Source: Eledone cirrhosa
Taxonomy: Eukaryota
NCBI GenBank assembly: GCA_964016885.1
Contig: CAXHJY010000550.1
Location: 1-35,786 of the forward strand
Direction: 5' to 3'
Length of the DNA: 35,786 bases
The position numbers and the translations under genes are program-made. Below, in pieces: positions 1-13,849 of this stretch; position 1 is the first letter of the stretch; each line of letters opens with the position of its first letter. The notes below the pieces were generated by a model. The model did not search any database. It was not told where the DNA came from and saw only the letters and a list, made by a program, of their open reading frames with translations.

Positions 1-61
<61 letters not shown>

Positions 62-215
62 CACATATATATATATATATATACACATATATATATATAC
101 ACATATATATATATACACATATATATATATACACATATATATATATACACATATATATATACACATATATATATATACATATATATATATACATACATAT
201 ACATATATATACATA

Positions 216-257
<42 letters not shown>

Positions 258-278
258 TATATATATACATATATATAC

Positions 279-309
<31 letters not shown>

Positions 310-348
310 CATATATACATATATATATACATATATACATATATATAC

Positions 349-379
<31 letters not shown>

Positions 380-890
380 CATATATACATATATATACAT
401 ATATACATATATATATATACATATATATATACATATATATATATATACATATATATATACATATATATATATACATATATATATATACATACATATATAT
501 ATATACATATATACATATATATATATACATATATATATACATATATATATATACATACATATATATATATACATATATACATATACATACATATATATAT
601 ATACATATATACATATACATACATATATATACATATATATATATACATATATATATATACATATATATATATACATATATATACATATATATATATACAT
701 ATATATACATATATATATATACATATATATACATATATATATATACATATATATACATATATATATATACATATATATACATATATATACATATATATAT
801 ATACATATATATATATACATATATATACATATATATACATATATATATATACATATATATATATACATATATATATATATACATATATAT

Positions 891-923
<33 letters not shown>

Positions 924-1152
924 TATATACATATATATACATATATATATATACATATATATATATACATATATATACATATATATATATACATATATAT
1001 ACATATATATATATACATATATATACATATATATATATACATATATATACATATATATATATACATATATATACATATATATATATACATATATATACAT
1101 ATATATATATACATATATATACATATATATACATATATATATATACATATAT

Positions 1153-1229
<77 letters not shown>

Positions 1230-1235
1230 GATAGG

Positions 1236-1267
<32 letters not shown>

Positions 1268-1350
1268 TATATGTATATATATATGTATATATATATATGT
1301 ATATATATATATGTATATATATATATATACATATATACATATATATATAT
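1..1350. repeat. (TA)n microsatellite with interspersed CA
   Basis: Continuous AT/ACAT low-complexity tract. Confidence 0.98.
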
Positions 1351-1370
1351 GTGTATAGATAGGTATATGT

Positions 1371-1570
1371 CTTTATTAGCCACAAGGGCACAAAAGAAGG
1401 GGACAAGTACAATGGGGGAAGTTTACATTCAATAAAAACGTGTAAAACAATATCACAGATGGAAATTAAAGAAAAACAATCGATTTTCCCCAATAGGGGG
1501 GGGGGGGAGACATGGGTGACACATACCCCCGAAAAAAAAATGTGCAGCCCTCATCCCCAGTAGTACGAAG
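1371..1570 (-). mobile_element. ~200-bp dispersed repeat, copy 1; probable retroelement 3' end
   Basis: Highly similar to 3009-3201. The minus strand ends ...cccttgtggctAATAAAg followed by simple repeats. Confidence 0.75.
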
Positions 1571-2430
1571 ATAGGTAGATAGATAAATAGATATGTATAT
1601 ATTGGGAACATCTGTCTTTTCAATCATACTATAATAAAATCAAGACTGATTGAGTTCAATCTTTCGTAATCCCTTATATATTTTTGAATCCTTTTTATAT
1701 TTAGTTTAGAAACCTAACGACCTCATCTCATTAAAATGATGTTAACGTCGCATAGATGTGGTGCGTGTGAGTGTTAGGTTTGTGCATCACGGCTTTATAT
1801 CTTGGTTAAACATGGTAAGTGCTGTAGACACACCAAATATGGTAGTTTATCTTAGACCACCCAGCATAGCTGACTTAAGGTAGTTATAACATTGATTTTG
1901 GTACCAGCGGATGGCGAAATACGAGATAACATGGGACGATGTAAAAACCTAAAGGCTAACGGAGTTGAAGCGCCTGACTAATTAGGGCCCTGCTCCAGCT
2001 CAAAAACATGCGTCTCTGTTTTCCAGTTATATACCCCATTCTCCCAAAATAAAATAATTTCAACTAACACTTCTTGTTCTAACACCAAGAATATTACTAA
2101 GCGTGCATTTTCTCCTATACTGTCAAAACTCCCCCACGAACAATCATGTGACAGGCTATAACATCATTCTACACGCTATACTGATTTAAATATTCTCACA
2201 ACGATTTATTTATTAACCATACGAAATTATTATATATTTTATTCAATTATATAATTTTATAAAGGTGTAATATTTTAAGGTTCAGTAATATATCTCATTA
2301 AGGCCTCGTCCGAGATGGCTCTCTAGTTAGCCTTAATGGTAACGGAAAAGTCGGAACAGTATATCATGATTGGTCACAAAAAGGTTGGCTACGAGTTACG
2401 TTTATGTTCGTTTTTTTTTGTGCGATGAGA

Positions 2431-2519
2431 TGTATGTATGTGTGTGTATGTATGTGTGTATGTATGTGTATGTATGTGTGTATGTATGTATGTGTCTATG
2501 TATGTGTATGTATGTGTGT

Positions 2520-2570
<51 letters not shown>

Positions 2571-2767
2571 TGTATGTGTGAATGTGTGTGAATGTATGTG
2601 TGTATGGGGATATTATGTGCCTATGTATGTATGTATGTGTGTATGTACGTTGGTATGCGTGTATGTATGTGTGTGTGTGGATATGTATGTGGATATGTAT
2701 GTGTGTATGTATGTATGTATGTATGTATGTGTGTATGTATGTATGTATGTATGTATGTATGTATGTA

Positions 2768-2798
<31 letters not shown>

Positions 2799-2835
2799 AT
2801 CTATTTATGTATCTATGTATGTAGGTTGTATATAT
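2431..2835. repeat. Compound (TATG)n/(TG)n microsatellite
   Basis: Seen directly. Confidence 0.95.
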
Positions 2836-3008
2836 ATATCTATATAATATTTCTGGTCTTTCGGCACCCTTAGACCTGTAGATAGATAGAGAGACAGTGT
2901 GTGTGGGCGGGTGGGGGTAGAGAAAGAGAGAAGGAGCAAGATAGATGGAAAGAAAGATAGATATAAAGTTTGACAGATGGATAGACTGAGACTCAGATAG
3001 ATATGTTT

Positions 3009-3201
3009 CTTTATTAGCCACAAGGGCACAAAAGAAGGGGACAAATACAAAGGGGGAAGTTTACATACAATAAAAACGTGTAAAATATCACAAATGCAAT
3101 TTAAAAATTAGTCGATTTTCCCCAATAAGGGGAGACAGTTCATATGGGTAACACATACCCCCGAAAAAAAATGTGCAACCCTCATCTCCAGGAGTACGAA
3201 G
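3009..3201 (-). mobile_element. ~200-bp dispersed repeat, copy 2
   Basis: ctttattagccacaagggcacaaaagaagggaca-like start through agtacgaag shared with 1371-1570; (ATCT)-like tail on the minus strand. Confidence 0.75.
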
Positions 3202-3524
3202 AGTTTGTACTCCTTTCCTCCCCTCCTCCTTTTTCTTAACCTATAGATAGATAGATAGATCGACAGGCAGGTTCATACTAAGATAACTAAAAGTATAAAG
3301 ACATAGAGATGGACTTTCTCTCCTCGCGACCACCATCATCAGACCTTGAACTTGAAGCGACATGATAGTATATATGGTGGATGAAATCGATCGTCTTGCA
3401 AACGGTATATGTTTAGCTGTGTTTTATGGTAAGTAGGCATGTCACACACACGCACGGGAGCGCGTATGCATTCACACACTCACACGCACACCGACACGTA
3501 CATTTATATAATTATTTGCAGTTT

Positions 3525-3537
3525 TATGTGTGTATAT

Positions 3538-3585
<48 letters not shown>

Positions 3586-3621
3586 ATATATATGTATGTA
3601 TGTATTTATATATATGTATAT

Positions 3622-3655
<34 letters not shown>

Positions 3656-3660
3656 GTATG

Positions 3661-3710
<50 letters not shown>

Positions 3711-3780
3711 TATGTATGTATTTATATATATGTATATATATATATATATAAATATATATATATATATGTATGTATTTATA

Positions 3781-3826
<46 letters not shown>

Positions 3827-3846
3827 TATGTATATATATATACATA

Positions 3847-3877
<31 letters not shown>

Positions 3878-3900
3878 TTATGTATATATATGTAAGTATG

Positions 3901-3964
<64 letters not shown>

Positions 3965-4107
3965 TGTATGTGTGTGTGTGTGTGTGTTTGTCTGTATATA
4001 TATTTATGTATATATATATATATATGTATATATATACATATATATATACATGTACACTTATATATATATACATATATACATATGCACATATACATATATA
4101 TATACAT

Positions 4108-4143
<36 letters not shown>
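3525..4143. repeat. Compound (TA)n/(TATG)n microsatellite
   Basis: Seen directly. Confidence 0.95.
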
Positions 4144-4145
<2 letters not shown>

Positions 4146-4319
4146 CGAAGGAAATGAGGTAAGGAACCAAGTGGACCATAACGCACCAAAGTACTCAATA
4201 CTTAGGGTAGTAGAGTGGGTAATAGGAACAAGTAAGACCCCGACGGCTGAGCTCAAGCCGTTTCGACGGCTAATTCTGGACGAAACGGCTTGAGCTCAGC
4301 CGTCGGGGTCTTACTTGTT

Positions 4320-4324
<5 letters not shown>
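4143..4324. mobile_element. Truncated HHR-bearing (Penelope pLTR-like) element with an inverted partial copy
   Basis: Perfect 44-bp inverted repeat (4222-4265 / 4281-4324) with a 15-nt spacer. 4143-4281 is the reverse complement of a homolog at 24644-24783. Each arm holds the 3' half of an HHR (GAAA-CGGCT..AGCCG-TC-GGGGT). (TA)n on both sides. Confidence 0.8.
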
Positions 4325-4374
<50 letters not shown>

Positions 4375-4660
4375 CTATACACACATACAGTTGTATGTGT
4401 GTGTACGTGTGTATGTATACATGAATGTGTGTACGTGTGTATATATACATGAATGAAGGTGTTTAGAGTTGCGTGTTCCTTTAGATATTTGTGTACTTGT
4501 GTGTGAACACTCCCACACCTTCTACCTCATATATTTGAGTGTGTGTGTATGTGCGTGTGTGCGTTTCTGGCTGCGTGTTTGTTTATGTATGCGTTTTTAT
4601 ATTATGTGTATGTAAATTGTCATCGTATGTGTTGTAAATGTGATTCTATCACATAAATGT

Positions 4661-4826
<166 letters not shown>

Positions 4827-5419
4827 AGCGGACGAGAGAGAGAGAAAGAAAAGTACACACACGTATATTGCTTTCAGTCCAAAGGCTGCGGTCATGCTGT
4901 GGCAAATAAAGGTATATAATAAATATATGCAGTTCAGTTTATAAGTATGATTGCATTCATATATAAAAATCAATACATACTTCGTCTCTTTGCGCGCGCG
5001 CGCATGTGTGTGTGTATGTATATGCGTGTATATTTTGAGTAGAGTAAATAAAACTAGCGTAAATCACTGACATGTGTAATGGAAATTATATATAAACAAG
5101 TTAAAATCTATATTTTCACGGTGACATATATCACATACACTCTTCGCTCGTATACGTTATACATTCACTCCCTTTACTTATACACACCATTCATATATAC
5201 AATATATATATACACCCAACACATATATAGCGTACTTATGTACACCCTCTATAGTTTTCAAACCATACAAATGTAGACACTAGATATTGGAAATCAACAC
5301 ATACACACAATATACATGTGTACGTGTATATGTCTCGGGTTATATGTATGTAAGCAAGTTTATGTGAATATGTATGTGTATATATATATATACATACATT
5401 ATATACCAGTAATACACTA

Positions 5420-5458
5420 GGTATTTCCTGGCCTTGTGCCAAAAGTAGAAACAATTAT

Positions 5459-5460
<2 letters not shown>
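5420..5460 (+). mobile_element. SINE family A 3' tail fragment
   Basis: cctggccttgtgccaaaagtagaaacaatt matches the tail of the SINE at 15327-15507. Confidence 0.75.
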
Positions 5461-5493
<33 letters not shown>

Positions 5494-5509
5494 TAGATAT
5501 GTATGTATG

Positions 5510-5569
<60 letters not shown>

Positions 5570-5571
5570 TA

Positions 5572-5635
<64 letters not shown>

Positions 5636-5789
5636 TATATACAGTACAAAGATACACGTTTGCACGTTACATAATTCCCATGGTACTTCGTTGTGATAAA
5701 AGTTGAACCTACCTGCACGGAGGGTAATTGTAAGTTGTTTCCATATATATCCAAATGGGCGTACATTGCTTCCTATCTCTCTCTCTATA

Positions 5790-5833
<44 letters not shown>

Positions 5834-5872
5834 TATTATATATATATATATATAATATATATATATAATATA

Positions 5873-5905
<33 letters not shown>

Positions 5906-5974
5906 GACTTATTGATGCATTACTAAGTGCTTTCGAAGGTTAATAGACGCAAACACGTCCAGCTCCTTCAAATT

Positions 5975-6021
<47 letters not shown>

Positions 6022-6883
6022 TCACAACAAAGTGATTTTCGAAATTGTGTAATAATTTAATGCTATGGCGAAAGTTACAGCATGTCCTCGCGCTGTTGAG
6101 GTTTGCTCCCTTCCTGTTTCTCCTGTGATCTTTGTGCTGTTATTGGTGTTTTTGTTGTTGTTGTGGTGGTGTTGGTGGTGGTGGTTGTGGTACTGGGTAT
6201 TGTTTACTCTGCCTGCCTACGACTAATGTCTGGCGCGGTGGAGTGGCGAGGCGGCGTGCACAGGAATATAGAATGGAGCTGCCCTGTATATTTATGTTGT
6301 TGCTGTTGCTTTTGACCCTCGGTGGTTTGGAGACTGGGCAGCGAGGCAGCGAACACTGGAAATAAGAATGGAGCTCCACCGCTTCTCTCTTCTTCTTCGT
6401 TTGTTGTTAGCCCTGGACAAACTACATAATACGCGCACAACCACTATACCGCCACCTTTTGTCTTCGTGCGTACGTACACACGCACAGACCAAGAAACAC
6501 TTCATTTTAGCAGATTTCCTCTATCTTATTCTCTCTTTATCATCTTCTCTCTTACTCTCTGCCTATCAGTCTCTCTCTCTCTACCTTTCTCTCACTCTCT
6601 GACTGTTAGTCTTTCTCTCTCTCTTTCTCACTCTCTCACTCACTCTCTCCTATCTCTATCTGTTTTTCTTATAAATTCTCTTTCATTATATCCCGCACGT
6701 TGACCGCTTTTCTTAATTTTCGTTGGGCACTTTTCTTCCACCATTCTCTCTTTCTCTCTCTCTCTTTGTCTTCCTCTAGTTTGCACAGACACGCACACTA
6801 TGTTCATCTATCTAGCTTTCTTTCTTTCTATCCATCTATTTATCCATCTATTTATCAATCTATCTGTCTGTCTGTCTATCTAT

Positions 6884-6965
<82 letters not shown>

Positions 6966-7233
6966 ACACCCACACGTACACGTACACGTACACGTACACA
7001 CAGACAATTATAAACTATATATACCGGCATACACACAATTTAAATTTAATAACTGTGCCCATAACATATAAGATACAACCAGCATTCTACCACGAACCGC
7101 CTAGAGTGTATCAACGTGGCTACTCGGTGCTATAGGTGTGAGAGCCAAGCCCCCTGAAATTCCATTGATCATGTCTGTTTTAACAGGACTGACCTGTGGT
7201 TAAACAACGCCAATAAATTATCTATCTATCTAT

Positions 7234-7445
7234 CTCCTGACGTTGAGGGTTGTTCTATCCACGGGGTGTAAAACAACCCCCGGGTAACGTTCCCCCCTAT
7301 TGGGGATTTCGATTGTTTTATTTTATATATAGTTTATTGTTATTCATTATTGTTAAAGATTTTATGTAAAACCCCGCCGTCACGTCTTGTAATGTCCCAT
7401 TTTTCTACGCCCCTGTGGCAAATAAAGAAATCTATCTATCTATCT
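7234..7445 (+). mobile_element. Diverged third relative of the 200-bp repeat
   Basis: Shares ctcctg..tgagggttg, ccccctattgggga..tcgattgtttt and ccc.tgtggc.AATAAAga with the reverse complement of copies 1 and 2; ends in (TCTA)n. Confidence 0.65.
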
Positions 7446-7583
7446 GTATATCTATCTATCTGTATATCTATCTACAGTCTACCTGGCTGTCTGTCTGACA
7501 ATCAGTATTTTACAAAGGGGATAAAGAGAGCTGAATACCTAAAACAGGGTCTATATAATCTTTTATATAGCTCGTGTGTATAG

Positions 7584-7645
<62 letters not shown>

Positions 7646-7825
7646 CTCTTTTGGACTATATCAAACGTTAACTCTATATCTCATTGTGTAGTATTGTTGT
7701 TTTGCCTTTTCTCTCTCTCTCTCTCACACACATACACACACACAATTTATCTCCCCCTCTCTCACACACACATACACACACGCATTATCTCCCTCTCTCT
7801 CTCTCTCTCACACATACACACAAAC

Positions 7826-7913
<88 letters not shown>

Positions 7914-8030
7914 TGTGTGTGTGTTTGTGTGTGTATGCGTGTGTACAACACGCAAACGGAAAACAACACAGCAAACGTTACAAAACAAGGAAGATATATG
8001 TTAGTTTAAGGTTTGATATTGAAGGAAAAG

Positions 8031-8070
8031 TGTCTTAACGTTTCGGGGGCTTGTCCTTCATCAAAAGATA
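8031..8070 (-). ncRNA. Degenerate minimal type I hammerhead ribozyme
   Basis: Minus strand: TATCTT-TTGATGA-AGGACAAGCCCCC-GAAAC-GTT-AAGACA. Core C3>T and imperfect stem II. It lies in a ~180-bp element (about 7945-8130) homologous to 12209-12400. Confidence 0.6.
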
Positions 8071-9129
8071 GTATGAGAAATACAAGAAGAGAAAGAAAGA
8101 AGACAATGAGAAGAGGAAGAAATAGATTTATTTCAGCGGAGAGGGAAGCACGTCTGTGTTCAGTCACCCAACTAAAGCAATATTTTTTCTCTTGCACTTT
8201 TTTCTTTCTTTCTATAACAATTCTTTACACCCACCCAGCCCCGCTACTAAATTTTCGCCACCTACCACTTTTTTTGTATACACATTCTGTTTATTTACTG
8301 TCTAGTTAACTGTCACTTTCTCTCTCTCCCTCTCCCTCTCTCTCTCCCTCCCCCTCTCTCTCTCTCTATCTGTCTCCATCTCTCTTTTTTTCTTACACTC
8401 TAATTGTCTCCTTTCTCTCACTTTATCAAATTGTCCCTTTCTTTCTCCTCTTTTTTCTTCGCACTATCTTATGCATACGTTCTTTTTCTTCTTTTTCTTC
8501 TTTTTCTTCTTCTTCTTCTTCATCGTCATCCTCATTATCAAGTAGCTACGTGGCAGCCCCTATATGGTTTCCCAGCCGGCTAGAAATAGCAACCAGTTTT
8601 TTTTAAAGAGAAAGAGATGCCCCTACATAGCTCTTGAGCTCCAGCTTAGCCTCGGCCGGTCGTTTGGGTTTAGTAAGAAAGTAAAGGAATAAAATGACAT
8701 ACTGAATCATGTGATAGTTATATAATGTAGTCATAGTTACTCTGTGAATAACGGGAGTGACATGGCTGGAACGCCTTTCATCATATATGTTTATTCGATG
8801 AGTGTTACCTTGGGGGCGAAACACCAACAGCAACCAGAGCAACCCTGATTTTTGTATATCACTTACCTCCTCCCATTTAATAGGCATTCTATGGAAGCCT
8901 GTAAAGACAAGTGCATAGGAATATGGCAGCCCAGTAAGCTGGGAAGGCGGTTTCGATTCTTGGTGGAACTTTGTTCCATGCATTTTACAAAGAATCGAAT
9001 CACAGAGCTAACGGACTCATACACACCGATGTATATAAGTATGTACGAATGTATGTATGTATGTATGTATGTATGTATGTATGTATGTATGTATGTATGT
9101 ATGTATGTATGTATATATGTATGTATGAA

Positions 9130-9613
9130 TTTGGACATCCTGCAGGACTAAAAACAAAACCTGTCAAAGGAGCTCTTAAGAGTCAATGGCCATCCAAAAT
9201 CACCGGGAGAGATGACCCCTTAGTCTTTGTCAAGGCAGAATTCTAGGAGAAGGAAAACTCTGATATAACACCTGCAACCCTGATGGTAATAAATGATGTA
9301 GAGTTGTTCTTCTTTTTGGTAAATATCATCTTGGTTAAGAGAGTGGGACTGGCTTTGTGCAGTGCCTTTGCTCACTATAAAAGCTTCACGGCACAGGCAT
9401 TGCTTTGTATCTGGAGATCTCTCTGCACTTGTCGTCACATGGTACCATGGGCCCAGCACTATGTGTCAATAATTGTCACAAGTGTAGTGTGTGTACCAGA
9501 GTTTTCAAGTCGCTGGCTGGACTAAAAAGTCACACTCGTTCAGCGCATCTGTAGGGGTTCTCCTACATGGATATAAAGTAGTGGCCGTACTCGAAAACGA
9601 GTTGGCAGCCACC
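9130..9613 (+). mobile_element. RTE-clade LINE 3' fragment (degenerate)
   Basis: 9483-9554 translates to CSVCTRVFKSLAGLKSHTRSAHL*, a C2H2-like terminus typical of RTE ORFs. It is followed by a CTCG-AAAA-CGAG stem-loop and a (TATG)n tail. Confidence 0.65.
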
Positions 9614-9907
9614 ATGTATGAATGTATGTATGTATATATGTATGTATGTATGAATGTATGTTTGTATGTATGTATGTATATATGCATGTATATATATATG
9701 TATTTATGCATGTATATATATATGCGTGTATGTATGTGTTTTATGTGCGTCTGTCTGTATATATGTACGTATGTGAGTATGTCATAGACGCATGCGTCTA
9801 TTTATTAATGCATGCGTGCGTGTCTATTTGAATATGTGTGTGTTCGTATGTATGTACGTATCTATGTGTGTATGTTAGTCTGTACGTATGTATGTATGCA
9901 TGGTATT

Positions 9908-10006
<99 letters not shown>

Positions 10007-10127
10007 ATGTATATTTGTATTATGTGTGTATCAGATGTACTATGTATCTATGTATGTAATGCATGTATATGTGTTTATGTCTGTATGTATGCATATTTTA
10101 TGTAAGAATGTTTGTATGTATGTGTGT

Positions 10128-10254
10128 GCGTGATGGTACGTGCTTTGTTTTTCGGGTGTTTGGCTCACGATCACAAGGATTGTGAGTTCGATTCCCGGTG
10201 AAGCGTTGTGCCCTCGAGCAAAATATTTTATTACACGTTGCTTTAGTTTACTCA
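10128..10254 (+). mobile_element. SINE family B, 5' fragment
   Basis: B-box gagttcgattcc; similar to the head of 10832-11160. Confidence 0.65.
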
Positions 10255-10286
10255 TGATGATGATGATGATGATAATGATAATGATA

Positions 10287-10330
<44 letters not shown>

Positions 10331-10398
10331 GATGATGATGATGATAATGTTGATGATGATGATGAGGATGACGATGATGTTGATGATGATGGCGATGG

Positions 10399-10429
<31 letters not shown>

Positions 10430-10490
10430 GATGATGATGATGATGATGGTGATGATGAGGATGATGATGATGATGGTGATGATGATGATG
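10254..10490. repeat. (ATG)n trinucleotide repeat
   Basis: Seen directly; source of the poly-Met ORF. Confidence 0.97.
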
Positions 10491-10631
10491 TATTTCTTGT
10501 AGCCGTATATCTAAAACTCTGTGAAGTCGAAATTATGGGGGGGCAATAGTTAACATTTTAGAGGAACGAATTTTCCCAGCATATTCAATTGCCGTAGCAC
10601 AAAAAGGGAAGAAAAAACGATGAACAATAAA

Positions 10632-10672
10632 TAATTGTTTCTACTTTAGGCACAAGGCCAGCAATTACCCAA
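10632..10672 (-). mobile_element. SINE family A 3' tail fragment
   Basis: Reverse complement of gggtaattgctggccttgtgcctaaagtagaaacaatt. Confidence 0.7.
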
Positions 10673-10831
10673 TGATTTCGAGTCATATTTAAAGGTTGTC
10701 TTATCATACCAATCAATCACGTGATTCCTAATCTGAGCCAGCAAAATATAGGTTGGGCGTCCGTGAGCTATGTTCTTTGTTATATATAATATACACATAC
10801 GACTGGGTATCGCTTCTTCTATGAGTATATT

Positions 10832-11160
10832 GTGAAGGCGCGTGTTCTGGTGGTTAGAGAATTCGGCTAACGATAATAGGATTGTGAGTTTAATTCCAGA
10901 CGCCGTGTTGTTTTCTTGACCAAGACACGTTATATCACGTGGCTTCAGTTCACTCAGCTAGCAAAAATGAGTTGTACCTGTAATTCAACTAGTGAAAATT
11001 CAGGTGTACTTCATCACACACTGTGTTACGCTGAATATCTCTGAGAACTACGTTAAGTCCGTGGAATACTCAGCCACTTGCATATTAATTTCACGAACAG
11101 CCTCTTCCGTTGTCCAAACAACTGGAACACTTGTCGTCGGAACCGACGGCGGCCCAACAC
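10832..11160 (+). mobile_element. tRNA-derived SINE family B, near full length
   Basis: tRNA-like head, central cagttcactcagct..caaaaatgagt motif and tail aacaactggaac..gtcgtcggaaccgacgg. Homologous to 16914-17230 and 30393-30705. Confidence 0.8.
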
Positions 11161-11620
11161 CGTATGAAAATTTCTCTTTTGATTGTTACTATGTGTCGGG
11201 TGGGGAATTAATTGTAGAGGAGTGGAGAGTTCGTTAACGAATTCATTTAAACATATGTGGTCCTTCTCTCTGTTGATTGTTATTATCACTGCATAGCATT
11301 CTGAGATACGCGGATAACTGTTCGTAGGAAAATCCATTTAAATAAAAGGGTTACTTGATTGTGAAAAGTTTCTAAACCACTACATTGTAATCGAATGGAA
11401 TCCTTGTTGTACGTATTGTGTCCTGGTTTATATAATAGACCGGTTTTCACAACCCCTATTGTAAGCTAAAGACGTGTTGGCGTGTATTTCGATTGGAGAT
11501 AAATGTATCAATGTTTGTAGTATATGAGGAAGAAGTGACAGATGGATATAGTGGGACAACGGAAGGAAATATGTGGCGTGTCAGTGCATGTGTGTGTGTT
11601 GACAGAGATGGAGAAATAGT

Positions 11621-11695
<75 letters not shown>

Positions 11696-11842
11696 AAATA
11701 AAGAGAAACGGATTAAGGAAAGGGTACGAGAACGAAAGGAAATGGGTCCGCGTGTGTTGATGAACATGGAATGAGAGACAGATAAAGACGGAGAGAACGA
11801 AGGAGAAAGAAAGAGTATTAAAGAAAGAGAATACGAGAGAGC

Positions 11843-11874
<32 letters not shown>

Positions 11875-12272
11875 TGAGATGATGATGATGTTTATGTGTG
11901 TGTAGGTGTGAGTGTGTGTGCATACATGAGAGTATATGTCTGTATATAGGTTGAAGGTGAAGCAACTATTTTACAGATGTGTTCCGTATAGTTATTAGGA
12001 ATGAATCTGTCTGCATTATACACACATATACACTCACACACAAACACACACCACACACTCACACCACACACACAAACACACACCACACACTCACACACTC
12101 ACACACAAACACACACCACACACTCACACACACACACCACACACTCACACACACACTCACACACAAACACACACACACACACACACACATGCATATATAT
12201 TCTCCAAAAATTTGTTTCCTTTCCTTCCTTTCTCACTCTCTGTCCTTGCATTTCAACTGATATTTCTCATTC

Positions 12273-12310
12273 TGTCTTCTGATGAAGGACTAGTGTCCGA
12301 AACGTTAGTA
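12273..12310 (+). ncRNA. Minimal type I hammerhead ribozyme motif
   Basis: CTGATGA (12279-85), A, stem II GGAC-TAGT-GTCC, GAAA (12299-302), palindromic AACGTT stem III. The stem I 3' arm is degraded relative to the 8-kb homolog. Confidence 0.7.
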
Positions 12311-12577
12311 CTCTGTTCCTACAATACCAAGCGTTAAACTAATATATTTCTTCATTGTACTATGTTCTTTGCTTTGTTGTTTACGTTAACCTTTGGCATT
12401 TCTCTCTCTCTCTCTATATATATATATATGCAGAGAGAGAGAGTGAAAGAGAGTGAGTGAGAGAGAGGGGGGGGGATATTGAATATAATGTTAACAAATT
12501 CAACTTACGCTTTTGACAGAGAATCAATTTGGGTATATAAGCCCCAGGAGACGGAAAGAAATTGGACAGCACGGCCC

Positions 12578-12615
<38 letters not shown>

Positions 12616-12632
12616 GTGCGTATGTGTGGCAT

Positions 12633-12715
<83 letters not shown>

Positions 12716-13064
12716 GAGAGAGACAGGGGGAGAGACAGGGGGGAGATATAATTTAGGAAAATGAACATAGAAAAGGCAACGAACGTAAATAAGGCAAAGC
12801 GAAAAACCATATTTTGAAGGGGAAACCTTAAAAAGTCTTTTTGGAGGAAATAAAAATACAAACGAAAGGTCTTCAGCCATTCAGGTGCACTTTAGCATTT
12901 CGATTCCTACCAATGGTACTACTGGTCCACCTGGGGTCACAGCGTCTGACACAAGCCAAAGCGATGTCCGTGGAGTAAGGGACAAGACAAGCCAATTAAA
13001 TCAATTAAACTAAAATATGTAGATATACGCACACATATATACGTATATTTATACAGGCATAATG

Positions 13065-13800
13065 TACGAGTTGTTATCAGAAGCTTTTCCGACATCTCAG
13101 GCCGGGATTATACTGTACACCAGAAATGCCTGCCCATCGGACGATCATTCCCAGTCAACCAAACAGATTTCCTTCTATCTACTCGAATTCAGTTATTGCC
13201 CTACGTTTTCTTACCTTGTGTTTTTGCCGTAGATTACAAATTTAAGTAAAGTTCATTATATTTTGCAGGAAGACTCGCATCAAATTTCGCATGAAGCTTC
13301 GTAGATCTGTTTCTAAGATACTTGAAATTGTTCGTCAGGCTTTGGGCATACATTCTTTTCGTCGAACACAGATTGTTCCGTTAGTATATACGTTTCATTG
13401 CCTGTTGAGTGTCGATTTAAGATGTTAAGCACGCAGGTCGGTCAATCAGTTATGGCATTTGCTTGGATATTCTTACACACAAAAAAAGAAATTGCATGGC
13501 GTTGCTGGAGAGTTTGGCTCACGGCATTGAATATTCGATCAAAATCAACGCATGATATATGTCCCCACGGCATCGCAGTATTGCCTAAAATGAAATGGCT
13601 ACTAAAGCGATACCGCTTCTAAGTGACAGCTGGAATTCAAACAGAATCGATTGCAAGTAGTATTTAACATCCATTAAAAAAAGGATTTTCGAGGTGCTTT
13701 TGATGTATAAAAATAAGCTGGGAATGTGAAGTACGCCTGTCAAGATCGAAGAATATTGTGATCCAGAAGGAAAAATGTGTATGTATATAACTGCATATAT
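13065..13800 (+). mobile_element. Internally deleted, degenerate mariner transposon
   Basis: Starts TACGAG, like a mariner TIR. 13276 onward reads RIKFRMKLRRSVSKILEIVRQALGIHSFRRTQI (mariner N-terminal HTH). About 13550-13750 reads DICPHGIAVLPKMKWLLKRYRF*..IQTES, matching the C-terminal SPDLAP..FPKMK..LKGRRF region. The catalytic middle is missing. Confidence 0.75.
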
Positions 13801-13849
13801 TTAGGTTTATCATACATAATTTGAAAGATATGCCATACAGCACCAGAAA

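Noticed and set aside
1869-1885. CTTAAGGTAG resembling the 28S R2 target site
   Set aside because: Only about 10 bp match and there is no rRNA context.
2298-2339. CATTAAGGC/GCCTTAATG hairpin with CGGACGA on the minus strand
   Set aside because: Lacks GAAA and the other helices; a single 9-bp stem is insufficient.
3312-3345. Minus-strand CTGATGA...GAAA spacing like an HHR
   Set aside because: The intervening sequence forms no stem II, and no stem I is present.
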